Below, in pieces: positions 11,892 through 20,000 of a stretch of 20,000 bases of DNA. Location of the stretch: contig JALDZX010000076.1 of assembly GCA_022813865.1 (NCBI GenBank), forward strand, positions 61,051 through 81,050. Reading direction: 5' to 3'. The DNA is from Xylographa opegraphella (Eukaryota). Numbering within the stretch: position 1 is the stretch's first letter; every line of letters starts with the position of its first letter. The notes below the pieces were generated by a model that made no database searches, had not been told where the DNA came from, and saw nothing but the letters and a program-made list of their open reading frames with translations. The position numbers and the translations under genes are program-made.

Positions 11892-12798
11892 ATGAGTACC
11901 GCCAGCAGCATCAGCAGCATCAGCAGCATCAACAGCAGCATTTCCGCGTGGCCCACAAGCCCCGCAAACTCCAGCAGCAGCAGCACAGACACCTGGTCCG
12001 TCGCCGTCGAGGAGCCAGCACCACGGACACGCAAGGACCTCCCACCCCCCTGGTGGTCCCCGGACCAAGCCTGCTCCAAGTGCCGCAACTGCGGCGGTCC
12101 CGTGTACTCCGCGGTGCGGTACCTCGCGTTCCCGGGCGTATGCTCATGGTGCCACACGGGGCTGGTGCACCTCTTCCGCCGACACGCGCGGCCATCGCCG
12201 TGGACGTTCCCCGACCGCGCGGAGCGGGAGTGGAGGGCGGATCTGCTCCGCTTTAACAAGGCGGTGGTGGAGAAGCGGCGGGCGAATGGGTATCAGGATA
12301 GGATCGGCGCGCCGGATGTGGGAATGGGGCGGAAGAGCGTGGTGGAGGCGAGGGTCGTCGACAAGGGCGCGAGGATGCGAGTTGATCCGCAGAGGGTGCA
12401 GGAGCTTCGCAATATGGCAACGTGGAGGCCGGTGGAGCCGGTTGTTCAGCCCGTTCTGTCGCAGAGTATCGAGGCTATGGAAAGAGATGTCAAGAGCCTC
12501 ACGGTTGCTCAGCTGAAGCGGATCTTTGAGGGAGAAGGCCTTCCTGTCTCATGTGGAAAAGCTCAGATGCAAGACCGATTCGTGAGCCGTAAGCCTGGCT
12601 CTGTTTCTCTCTTGTCCTGTCAGGGCGGTCGCTCGTAAAAGTCCGGTGATCTGGTCATTGTCGCTGGTCGATAACTATTCCAATGTTTCCTTCCAACTCC
12701 TTACCACAAGTTGTTGTGGCTACAGGGTTTTTCCGAACTCTTTCAGTATAAATTCTGGCTAATCAATCGCAACAGTTGTGAACACTCGCAAGGGATGA
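11892..12798 (+). CDS. Hypothetical protein with Ser-rich N-terminus, Cys motifs (CSKCRNC...CSWCH) and a C-terminal SAP domain; probable exons 11892-12588 and 12776-12798 (about 239 aa; the unspliced ORF ends at 12638)
   Basis: 248-aa ORF with the same compositional style as its neighbours. VKSLTVAQLKRIFEGEGLPVSCGKAQMQDRF fits the SAP consensus (LTVxxLKxxLxxxGLxxSGxKxxLxxRL). GTAAGC donor at 12589 and GCTAAT branch with CAG acceptor ending at 12775 give ...FVSLVNTRKG*. Confidence 0.6.
11903..11941 (+). repeat. 9-bp tandem repeat (CAGCAGCAT)x3 plus a degenerate copy, encoding SSI repeats
   Basis: cagcagcat cagcagcat cagcagcat caa cagcagcat is directly visible. Confidence 0.85.
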
Positions 12799-13233
12799 TG
12801 CAGTTGTTGAATTCAATCGACTAGCCTACCTCGCTGCCCGTGCCTAAGATGGACTAAAAAGCATTGCTGAGTTGATATCCGATGCTGCTCTAAAACAAAA
12901 TACGCAGACACTATTGCGCCCCGCTTGTCGGGAAGACATAGGCAGTTATCGAATGGCATCACTGGGGCACAGCACGAAGTCTCACAGTAGACAGCAATGA
13001 GTATCATGAGCAATTGGAGGAAGGGGTAGATGAGATATGAAGCACAAACTGGTCCATGCAGATTCTTGTGGTTGGTTGTTACAATATTCTTGTAGATAGG
13101 TAGCTGCCATCAAGTACCAATGCCTACCTTACAATCAGCAGAATGTATGCCGCTCAATTGTGATGCTCGGACTTGACCGTTTAGATTGTAAGAAATCCAC
13201 TAGGTAAAACCCAGGTACACTATACGCATCTCA

Positions 13234-13275
13234 GCGCGTCTCCGCGTGACGTCATCTCCACCCTCGCTAACGCGT
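13234..13275. promoter_or_regulatory. MCB-like boxes and a CRE palindrome upstream of SLD2
   Basis: GCGCGT 13234-13239, CCGCGT 13242-13247, TGACGTCA 13247-13254 and perfect ACGCGT 13270-13275, about 80-120 bp upstream of the ATG at 13352. Confidence 0.6.
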
Positions 13276-13351
13276 CTCCCAAACCACTTCCCCCAGCAAA
13301 GCAACACCCCAACCCAGCACGACAGGCGACGACCTGCATCGCAAACCCAAC

Positions 13352-14905
13352 ATGTCAGCCACGCAGACGCAAACCACGACCGCCGACTCCCCACCGCCCT
13401 CCCAACCCTCCACCGGAGCGCAAACCCTCCGCGCCGAGCTCAAAGCATGGGAGAACACCTTCGCCGCCACGAACAGCGGCCGCAAAGCCGGGCGCGAGGA
13501 CATCAAGCAGCACCCCGAGATAGGTGGGCCTCCCCTCTTCCCCCACTACCTGCCGGAAATAACTGAACCTAACACTCGACGGACAGCGCAGAAGTACAAG
13601 GCGTATAGCAAGCTCCGCTCCGGCCTCTCCTCCGCCCTTCCGGTTGCGTGCTCGTCCTCCTCGCCGCCTCCGCAGGCCAAGAAGCGCAAACGCCCCTCCG
13701 CGGACGATAGGGCTCTTTCGGCCGCTCAGCCACAGACGCAGAAACTTTCCCCGAACCGACACCGCCCTTCGGCGATCGACCCGTACGACCTTCCCCTGCA
13801 CCTGACGCCCAACCCGCCACGCACCATCATCGGCCCCACGCCGCAGAAGAACGGCCTCGTGCTCGGCCTCTTCGACCTCCTCTCCCCGAAGCGCACGCCC
13901 TCGAAGGCCCACTCGGCATCTGCCTCCCAGCGCGCAGCCCCCCACTCCCTCGCCACACCGTCAAAAAACCGCCTCCAACCCTCGTCCTCCACCCCATCCC
14001 AAAATACCCACTCCACCCGCGCGCCCCCAGCTTCTGCCGCCATCACACCCACCGCCCGGCGCATCCTGCAGCAAACCCCCACCGCCACCCGCACCAGCGC
14101 CGCCCACCCCTCTCCCGACGACACGCCCGAGTTCCTCCGACGCTCCGCCCCCCTCTTCCCCAGCCTCACAGCCAGCAACACCCAGTCCGGGCAGGCACTT
14201 GACGACGCCGACGCACCCATATCATGGAGTCCAGTCGCAGTGCGTCTCCCGCGCAAACCCATCGGCCGCAGCCTCAGCACCCTGATGCAAGGCCTGCGCG
14301 ATATGGAAGAGGAGGCCCTCGACGAGGAGCTGGAACTGCTGCGCGAGATAGAGGGCGAGTCTGCCGGCTGCGCGGTCGCGAGCTCGAGCGGCAACGGGGG
14401 TGGTGGAAAGGTGGGCGCCAACGCGAAGGTGCTGGTGCTGGACAGCCAAGTGGGCGATATGCCGCTGGGGCCGGATGGCGCGGGGGATGTCAGCAGTGAG
14501 GAGGAGGGGGAGGCGAGGGGGAGGGGTGGGCGCGCGGTGAAGAAGTGGAAGAAGAAGGGCCAGAAGCGGAGTACGAGGCGGGTGGTGATGCGGCCGACGG
14601 TGGGGAAGTGGAAGCCGGAGAGGGAGTGGGCGGGTGAGGCGGAGGAGGAAGAGGAGGCAGTGGTGGAGGGAGTGGTGAGGGAGACGCAAGCTGGGGACCC
14701 GGAGGGGTCAGGAGCTGAGGAGGAAGGGTTGGATGAGGAGCAGGAGCAGGAGGAGAGCGGTGCCAAGGTCGAAGAGAAGTCGGAGGGGAAGAAGGCCAAG
14801 CCACCGAGAAAGGTCAGCGCGACTGCGCACGCCAATTTCCGGGCGTTGAAGATCAGGAACAAGCAGTCGAAAGGGAAGAAAGGCGGCAGAATTGGGAGGC
14901 GCTGA
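13352..14905 (+). CDS. SLD2: DNA replication regulator Sld2/Drc1; about 496 aa after removing an in-frame 63-nt intron (13524-13586)
   Basis: N-terminal LRAELKAWENTFAATNSGRKAGREDIKQHPEIAQKYKAY, IGPTPQKNGLVLGLFDLL, TPEFLRR, KWKKKGQKRSTRRVVMRP and C-terminal HANFRALKIRNK are typical of fungal Sld2. Five full CDK sites (SPNR, TPQK, SPKR, TPSK twice). Intron GTGGGC...CTAAC...ACAG. Confidence 0.92.
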   Translation: MSATQTQTTTADSPPPSQPSTGAQTLRAELKAWENTFAATNSGRKAGREDIKQHPEIGGPPLFPHYLPEITEPNTRRTAQKYKAYSKLRSGLSSALPVACSSSSPPPQAKKRKRPSADDRALSAAQPQTQKLSPNRHRPSAIDPYDLPLHLTPNPPRTIIGPTPQKNGLVLGLFDLLSPKRTPSKAHSASASQRAAPHSLATPSKNRLQPSSSTPSQNTHSTRAPPASAAITPTARRILQQTPTATRTSAAHPSPDDTPEFLRRSAPLFPSLTASNTQSGQALDDADAPISWSPVAVRLPRKPIGRSLSTLMQGLRDMEEEALDEELELLREIEGESAGCAVASSSGNGGGGKVGANAKVLVLDSQVGDMPLGPDGAGDVSSEEEGEARGRGGRAVKKWKKKGQKRSTRRVVMRPTVGKWKPEREWAGEAEEEEEAVVEGVVRETQAGDPEGSGAEEEGLDEEQEQEESGAKVEEKSEGKKAKPPRKVSATAHANFRALKIRNKQSKGKKGGRIGRR

Positions 14906-15612
14906 ACAGAGAGAGCTCGTTGCCTTTCCATAGTGTATTCAGTCCTACTGTCTAGAACTGAATGGGGGATCACTGTGTATGATCTCACGGTCTGGTGGCC
15001 TTGCTGTGTCCGTTTGATTACATGACAAGATGAGGATGTACACGCTACGCTGTGCCGTAGAATTTGGCTCGAAATGTGTAAGTTGAGGTAGGGAGTTTGA
15101 GCCAATCTTCTACAAATGCTGGACGAGTGGTCGTTTTTGCAACACCGGCCCATAGCGCACTGGAGCACAACCTCTTGAAAATCTATAGAATAGAATCACA
15201 CTATTACTACCAAAGTATACCACAACAGCCCTCTGTGCGCCTTCATAGACTTGAAAACATTCCTCATGGATACTAATCTCAGAAAATGTGTAGAGGATCC
15301 GGTGATATCGCCTCATAAATCTTACCAACGCCCAGCTCGCACAAGATCCAAAGCCCCTCGGAATCTCGGCCATAAGCGAATAGGGACAGAAGGTCAGCCC
15401 CCCATAGAATGCCATTATTCACGCTAGAACTTCGAAAGAACGTTGCCGTAAAAGATATCCAAATAGAACCATCTGATCCGACTTCTTTTTATAAACCCGT
15501 AGTAGCCTCGTATGAATGATGATACTGGCGAACTCTGGGTCATAGTGGCGTTCATCCAATCCACGGCGCAGAGAATAAGTGGCTTTGTCGTTTGAGAGTC
15601 TGGCGTAGGATG

Positions 15613-18600
15613 CTAGCTTGCTATCTGGTTCTGGGAATCCCCGTCAGGAGATCCTTCATTGAGCCGGTGGAGAAGAAATTTTCCGCAAACGAGTTCATGG
15701 ACATTATATTGAAGACCTCGCTCCATTCCACGGCCTTCCATTGGGTTTAAGCATTCGTCATAAATCGAGCATTCACGGGACCATACCTGCCAACGCCGCT
15801 CGAATGCTTGCTTAACCTTATCATCATCCACGAAACAAGCAAGGACTCTCATTCCGTCGCGGCAGATGCATTCAACCCTTGGAATGTGTAGACTATGGCA
15901 ACGGAATTTACGAAGCTCGGAGAGAGATGCCCCGTGGCGCAGCAGCCACCGTCCTTTGCGCCAGTCTTCAATTTTGGATTGCCAATAACCTCCTTGTCGT
16001 GGCGACGCCCAGTTCCTGTTAGTTACCCAGTGTTGGAGTGAAGTCGCCTTGCAGTGATTGACGGTAGACATCCGTGCACCATGGAGAATAAGTAAATCGC
16101 ATAAAGGCTCATTGAAGTCTTCACCACCCATCGCAAGATGAAGCGCTGTGCAACCATCTTCGTTGACCACCTCATTTGTATTAGAGCCCGCTTGCAATAG
16201 AATCTCGATCCCAGAAAGATCAGAGTCCCTGTTGTCCTACAATCTTTCAATGATAATCCGCAATGGACTTCGGTAGATAAAATGACCGGAAGAGGTCTCT
16301 TTCGTTTTTGTTTTACAATCAGCGCCGTGGTAGGCAAGAAAACTGATCGCTGTTGTCGCTGAAAATTTAGCAGCGATGTGATGGGCTTGACCGTAGCCAG
16401 ATTCAGGTGTATGGGCTTGAACGTAGCCAGTTCCAGGTCCGCATAATTCGGCGATTCGGAATATAAGAAGTTAAAATTGAGCTTGCATGGGTATTCCACG
16501 TGGAACCCATAATTCAAGAAAACTTCCATAGTTTCAGCAGATACGAAATGCAATAATTGAGCAAGCGTTTCTTGCTCGCTCGAGTTGAGTTTGACAGTTT
16601 GCGCTTGCGTCAGTACTTTCCGCAGGAAATTATCCAATTCTATTTGACAACCACTCCAACGGTATTGATTGCTTTCCCCAATTCTCACACCAAAGGATCG
16701 TAAGGAGAGCCATGAAAGAGGAGTAGGCAGAGAAAGAACTTCGTAGAAATCATGTAAAGTTACACTCCGGTTCATCAATTGCAAGACTATATCATCAAAC
16801 AGATAAACAATTGAGTAAACAAGTTCGATCCAGGGTTCCGATATTGAAGGGTTCCTCAGCTCTCGGAATGGCTAGCACATATGAAACCTGAAAACGGGGT
16901 CAAATTCCCAAGGTCAAAACAAGACGTAAGGGCGCAAGCGAAAATATTTCAATAAATCGGGCTCTAGTTCACGCTGATAGCTTCTGGTATGACGATCCCA
17001 GAACTTAAAAGCATAATTTAGGAATGGAAATACCCTCTTATAGGACTCATGAAACTCCCTCGTTGAACAGTAGTCTTTATTATCGACTCCGTTTTCGAGC
17101 CGCTGCCTCGGTTCCGAAAAGCTCAAGTATGTCAGAAGAATCCTTGAGATCTTGACTGCAGGTTCATCGAATAGGCTCTGCGATGATTTCAGATATTCCT
17201 CGAGCGTGGGATGCATTAGCCGCACGACTTCAGTATCTCTTTCTACAATGATCAATCCAAGGCACGTACTGAGAATAACCTTTGCGGAAACGTAAGCTTT
17301 GCGATCGATATCCCCACTTCCGATTCAGACAGCAAGAGCTTCCTGGAGTTCTGGGAATTGTAGCGGTCGTTTGGAATGACTGAGCCACATGAGAGTATTC
17401 AGCGCCAGATCACTGCGTGTTTTCGGGAGGCTTTTGATCCGATACAATGTGCTGGCATAGGCATCTCCAATTGTCCCTGTGATGTTCTCCAGAATTTCTT
17501 CAATCTCAGCTCGTGATGTCGACTCTAGTAATCGGTCGATGTGCAGCGCCGGTATCAGGAATTTACAGATGTTAGGACGATAGATTGGCTGATGTTTAAC
17601 TAACATTTTATTTGCCTTTCTAACAAGGGTTTCGATGATTGCTCTCTGAAAGTCCTTATCATCCTGGACTACGTCTTCCAGATCTCCGGAGCCGTTAATC
17701 CGTTGCAACAAGAAGCTAAGTTCGGTTCAGTGTTCGATTGGGGAGCTTCCATACTCTCAACTGACCTGCGAATGTCATTATCGCGAGCTTCTATTCTGAG
17801 CTTTGGGAACCGATCAAGGGCATTGTTAATGTCCTCGAGATGGGGTCGGCTTGTAGCGAAAATACGAATATCAGATCTGGATTCTCGACTCATAGACATT
17901 GTTCGCATTAAGTTTCGTCTGGTTCTCGCACCATCGTTCTCAAGCTCGTCCAGTGCATCCACAACGATAAGAATCCGAGAGAAATTATCGTTCAACTGTT
18001 CGAGTAATTTCCAGAATATTTCCCGTTCGAAGCTCGTTAGCGTGTGCCGTTCTTTCATATATAAACGGGCCATGAAATCAGGAAGCATTTGACATTGTAC
18101 AATAAGCTGCTTTAGGATACATCCTAAGATGTTGCTGAGAGTCCGATTGTTCTGATCATCGTAATTGCAATAGACGTAAGCGATCCCAGGCTTGTGAATC
18201 TCTGGCGTTTCGAGCCAATGATCTAGGACTCTCGAACTGCACATCTATGATCGGATAGTAAGGTAGTGATGTATGTTTGGTTACTAACCTTGCATACGTC
18301 TTTCCAGCTCCTGGGTCTCCATAGCACCATATGACTCTATTGTCGTTGATCAACGGTACATCAGTCCTGCTCCATGTGAGATACTCAGCAGAACTCAGTA
18401 GCCATTTCAAGGTTTCCCGTTGCCGTTTCGAGGATATGTCTTGGTGTCTCGCTGCGAAGTCAAGCGGTGATAGCCAACGAAGGATCTTCTGATTAGATTC
18501 CTCTTGACGCCAGTCTTTTACTTCCTTAAGGGTCAGCGTGCTGACTGCTGAAATGTCCTGACTTGTCAAAGCCGTAAATTGATCCCGGTATCTGCAGATC

Positions 18601-18983
18601 ATGTGGATTCGCTCTTTCATTTCACCTTCGTTGAAGTACCATAATGCACGATCCAGAATCTTGACCTTCCCACCTTGCCCTTTCTCACGCAATTCTCGCA
18701 ACAGAGCATCCAGGTCCTTCTGGCATTCCCGAAGTAGAGCATCACGTCCGGACCAGCGGTCTTCCCTCCGTTGCGCACTGAGCCGCACAAGTTCCGAGTC
18801 GAGAAGCAGCTCGTTACGAATACTTCTCAGGACCTCCTCGAGGCAGGTCACCTCTCTTACAAGGGTCTTGATAGCTTTGGGGGCATCTCTCACGCATGAA
18901 ACGTATTCGAAGCCGACTTGACCAATGGAAACTATCAAGGTGAGTAGTCCCGCAATGCCGGTAGAAATAGACAATGGATCCAT
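15613..18983 (-). pseudogene. Degraded fungal NLR: HeLo-like/SesA-type N-terminal domain, NACHT, ankyrin repeats (reconstructed length roughly 1060-1090 aa)
   Basis: Start MDPLSISTGIAGLLTL (ATG 18983), ILRWLSPLDFAARHQDI, Walker A WCYGDPGAGKT, AYVYCNY, Walker B ILIVVDALDE, IFATSRPH, LMWLSHSKRPLQFPELQEALAV, CLGLIIVE..VRLMHPTLEEY, ankyrin-like KPIHIAAKFSATTAISFLAYHGAD and GCTALHLAM..LLILHGA. Introns 18237-18288 and 17716-17765. Lesions: stops at 17325-17327, 16914-16916, 16872-16874 and 16237-16239; 1-bp deletion near 16380; splice acceptor AG changed to AA at 17563-17564. The 3' end is uncertain. Confidence 0.85.
16381..16440. repeat. 30-bp imperfect tandem duplication inside the ankyrin region of the NLR pseudogene
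   Basis: atgggcttgaccgtagccagattcaggtgt followed by atgggcttgaacgtagccagttccaggtcc; encodes LELATFKPIH / LNLATVKPI. Confidence 0.85.
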
Positions 18984-19017
18984 GGAACAAGAATGACCGC
19001 GAAACACCTGACAGCTG

Positions 19018-19124
19018 AATCCTCAGCTTGCAAAAAGTCCTCCACTTGCAAAAAGTCCTCCACTTGCAAAAAGTCCTCCACTTGCAAAAGGCACTCATCT
19101 CAAACTAAAGTCCTCAGCTTGCAA
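19018..19124. repeat. 18-bp minisatellite (CTTGCAAAAAGTCCTCCA) x3.5 with degenerate flanking copies
   Basis: Three exact units at 19027-19080 plus a half unit to 19089; variants aatcctcagcttgcaaa (19018) and aaagtcctcagcttgcaa (19107-19124). Confidence 0.9.
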
Positions 19125-19512
19125 CGAGCCTTCAACCTCCCCACGACCCAGGCTACAATCTGCTGCAAGCAGCTATATATTACCCCAAAGGGCCCAAAGG
19201 GAACGTGACACCGCCAACCCCATCGCGTGAAGCACAGCCTGGCAGCACGACGAAGCACTCGTGCAACGTAGCATCTTTTGGCCCGCCGACACGACCTGTC
19301 ATTGGTACCAGGTACGGAAGCGGAAAGGATGTCTCGCCAAAGGCCAGGCACGGGTGAGGAGAGTATTTCTGGCAGGCGCCACTTCGCACCGAAAACAGCT
19401 TCCTTGGGGCTGTATTTAGGGGAAATAGAACGATATATATATAAGATAGCCCCCGTGTGCGGGCATTATTATTGTTCGGTTCTTTCCGGTTCTTTAAGTT
19501 ATGAATACAGGG

Positions 19513-19779
19513 TAACGTCCCTCCATGGGTGGCGGAAAACCACCTGTGCCGGAATGAATTCGTTATTTAGGCATCTCAAACTCTGTCCTCGTAGTTCTAT
19601 CAAATCATTGGAAATGTAGTTCTATTTTTAAAACATTCCTCCCTAGAACGCTGTTGTGCAGCTAAAAAAATACAGTCCTTTGAATCGTCCTTTTAATCGT
19701 TCCTTTTAGAGCATTTAGAACTGCATTTACTTTATACCCCTAACGTCCATCCCTGGGTTGCGGAAAACCCACCGTGCCG
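19513..19779 (+). mobile_element. Two 39-bp direct repeats starting TA-ACGT in an AT-rich tract; possible Fot1/pogo-type (Tc1/mariner superfamily) terminal-repeat relics
   Basis: 19513-19551 taacgtccctccatgggtggcggaaaaccacctgtgccg versus 19741-19779 taacgtccatccctgggttgcggaaaacccaccgtgccg (33/39 identical). A TA target site followed by ACGT is the terminus of several fungal Fot1-like elements (e.g. Pot2, Tan1). No transposase or inverted partner is seen in the window. Confidence 0.4.
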
Positions 19780-20000
19780 TAAAATACAGCGGGTACTTGC
19801 ACTTGGAGTGACTATAACTCCGCGCACACGTTGATGTTTACTAAAGTTCTGTATGAGTCGTTTGCTGTGGCTATTTTCGACTGTTTAGAGCCCTTTATAC
19901 CTATAGATTACGTCCGCATCGTCGCATTTACGCCTGATTCGTGTAACGGCGTGTTACATGGCACCTTAACAAGTGATAGACGGAACGGGACTAAAGCGCG

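Noticed and set aside
13726..15168. 480-aa antisense ORF overlapping SLD2
   Set aside because: Low-complexity mirror of the GC-rich SLD2 codons with no recognisable motifs; long antisense ORFs are expected at this composition.
16879..16930. Possible additional intron removing the TGA at 16914-16916 (TTGAC...TTTTCAG acceptor-like signal)
   Set aside because: No good GT donor, and the TAG at 16872-16874 would remain, so it cannot rescue the gene; left unresolved.
17325..17327. Programmed stop-codon readthrough or selenocysteine at the in-frame TGA
   Set aside because: Further stops, a frameshift and a dead acceptor in the same gene indicate decay; Dikarya lack the selenocysteine machinery.
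19027..19089. CRISPR-like array or CKWRTF/CKKSST repeat peptide ORFs
   Set aside because: Head-to-tail repeats without spacers in a eukaryotic context; the peptide ORFs are by-products of an 18-bp unit.

Overview
Eukaryotic, intron-containing DNA from a filamentous ascomycete, inferred from short GT-AG introns with CTAAC/CTGAC branch sites and from the gene families present. A GC-rich, + strand core holds DNA primase small subunit (PRI1, 4 exons), a small orphan protein with Cys motifs and a SAP domain, and the replication-initiation factor SLD2; PRI1 and SLD2 each have MCB (ACGCGT) boxes upstream. The core is flanked by two less GC-rich, minus-strand NLR-like (STAND/NACHT) genes. The left one is intact and very large (about 2198 aa, 7 exons): NACHT plus TPR-like solenoid with His-rich and poly-Thr inserts. 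The right one is a HeLo-like/SesA-type N-terminus, NACHT and ankyrin gene that is a recent pseudogene: at least 3-4 in-frame stops, a 1-bp frameshift at a 30-bp duplication and a dead splice acceptor. The right end has an 18-bp minisatellite and an AT-rich tract with two 39-bp TA-ACGT repeats resembling Fot1/pogo transposon ends. All gene models were spliced by hand from the sequence; family calls come from motif recognition, not database searches.
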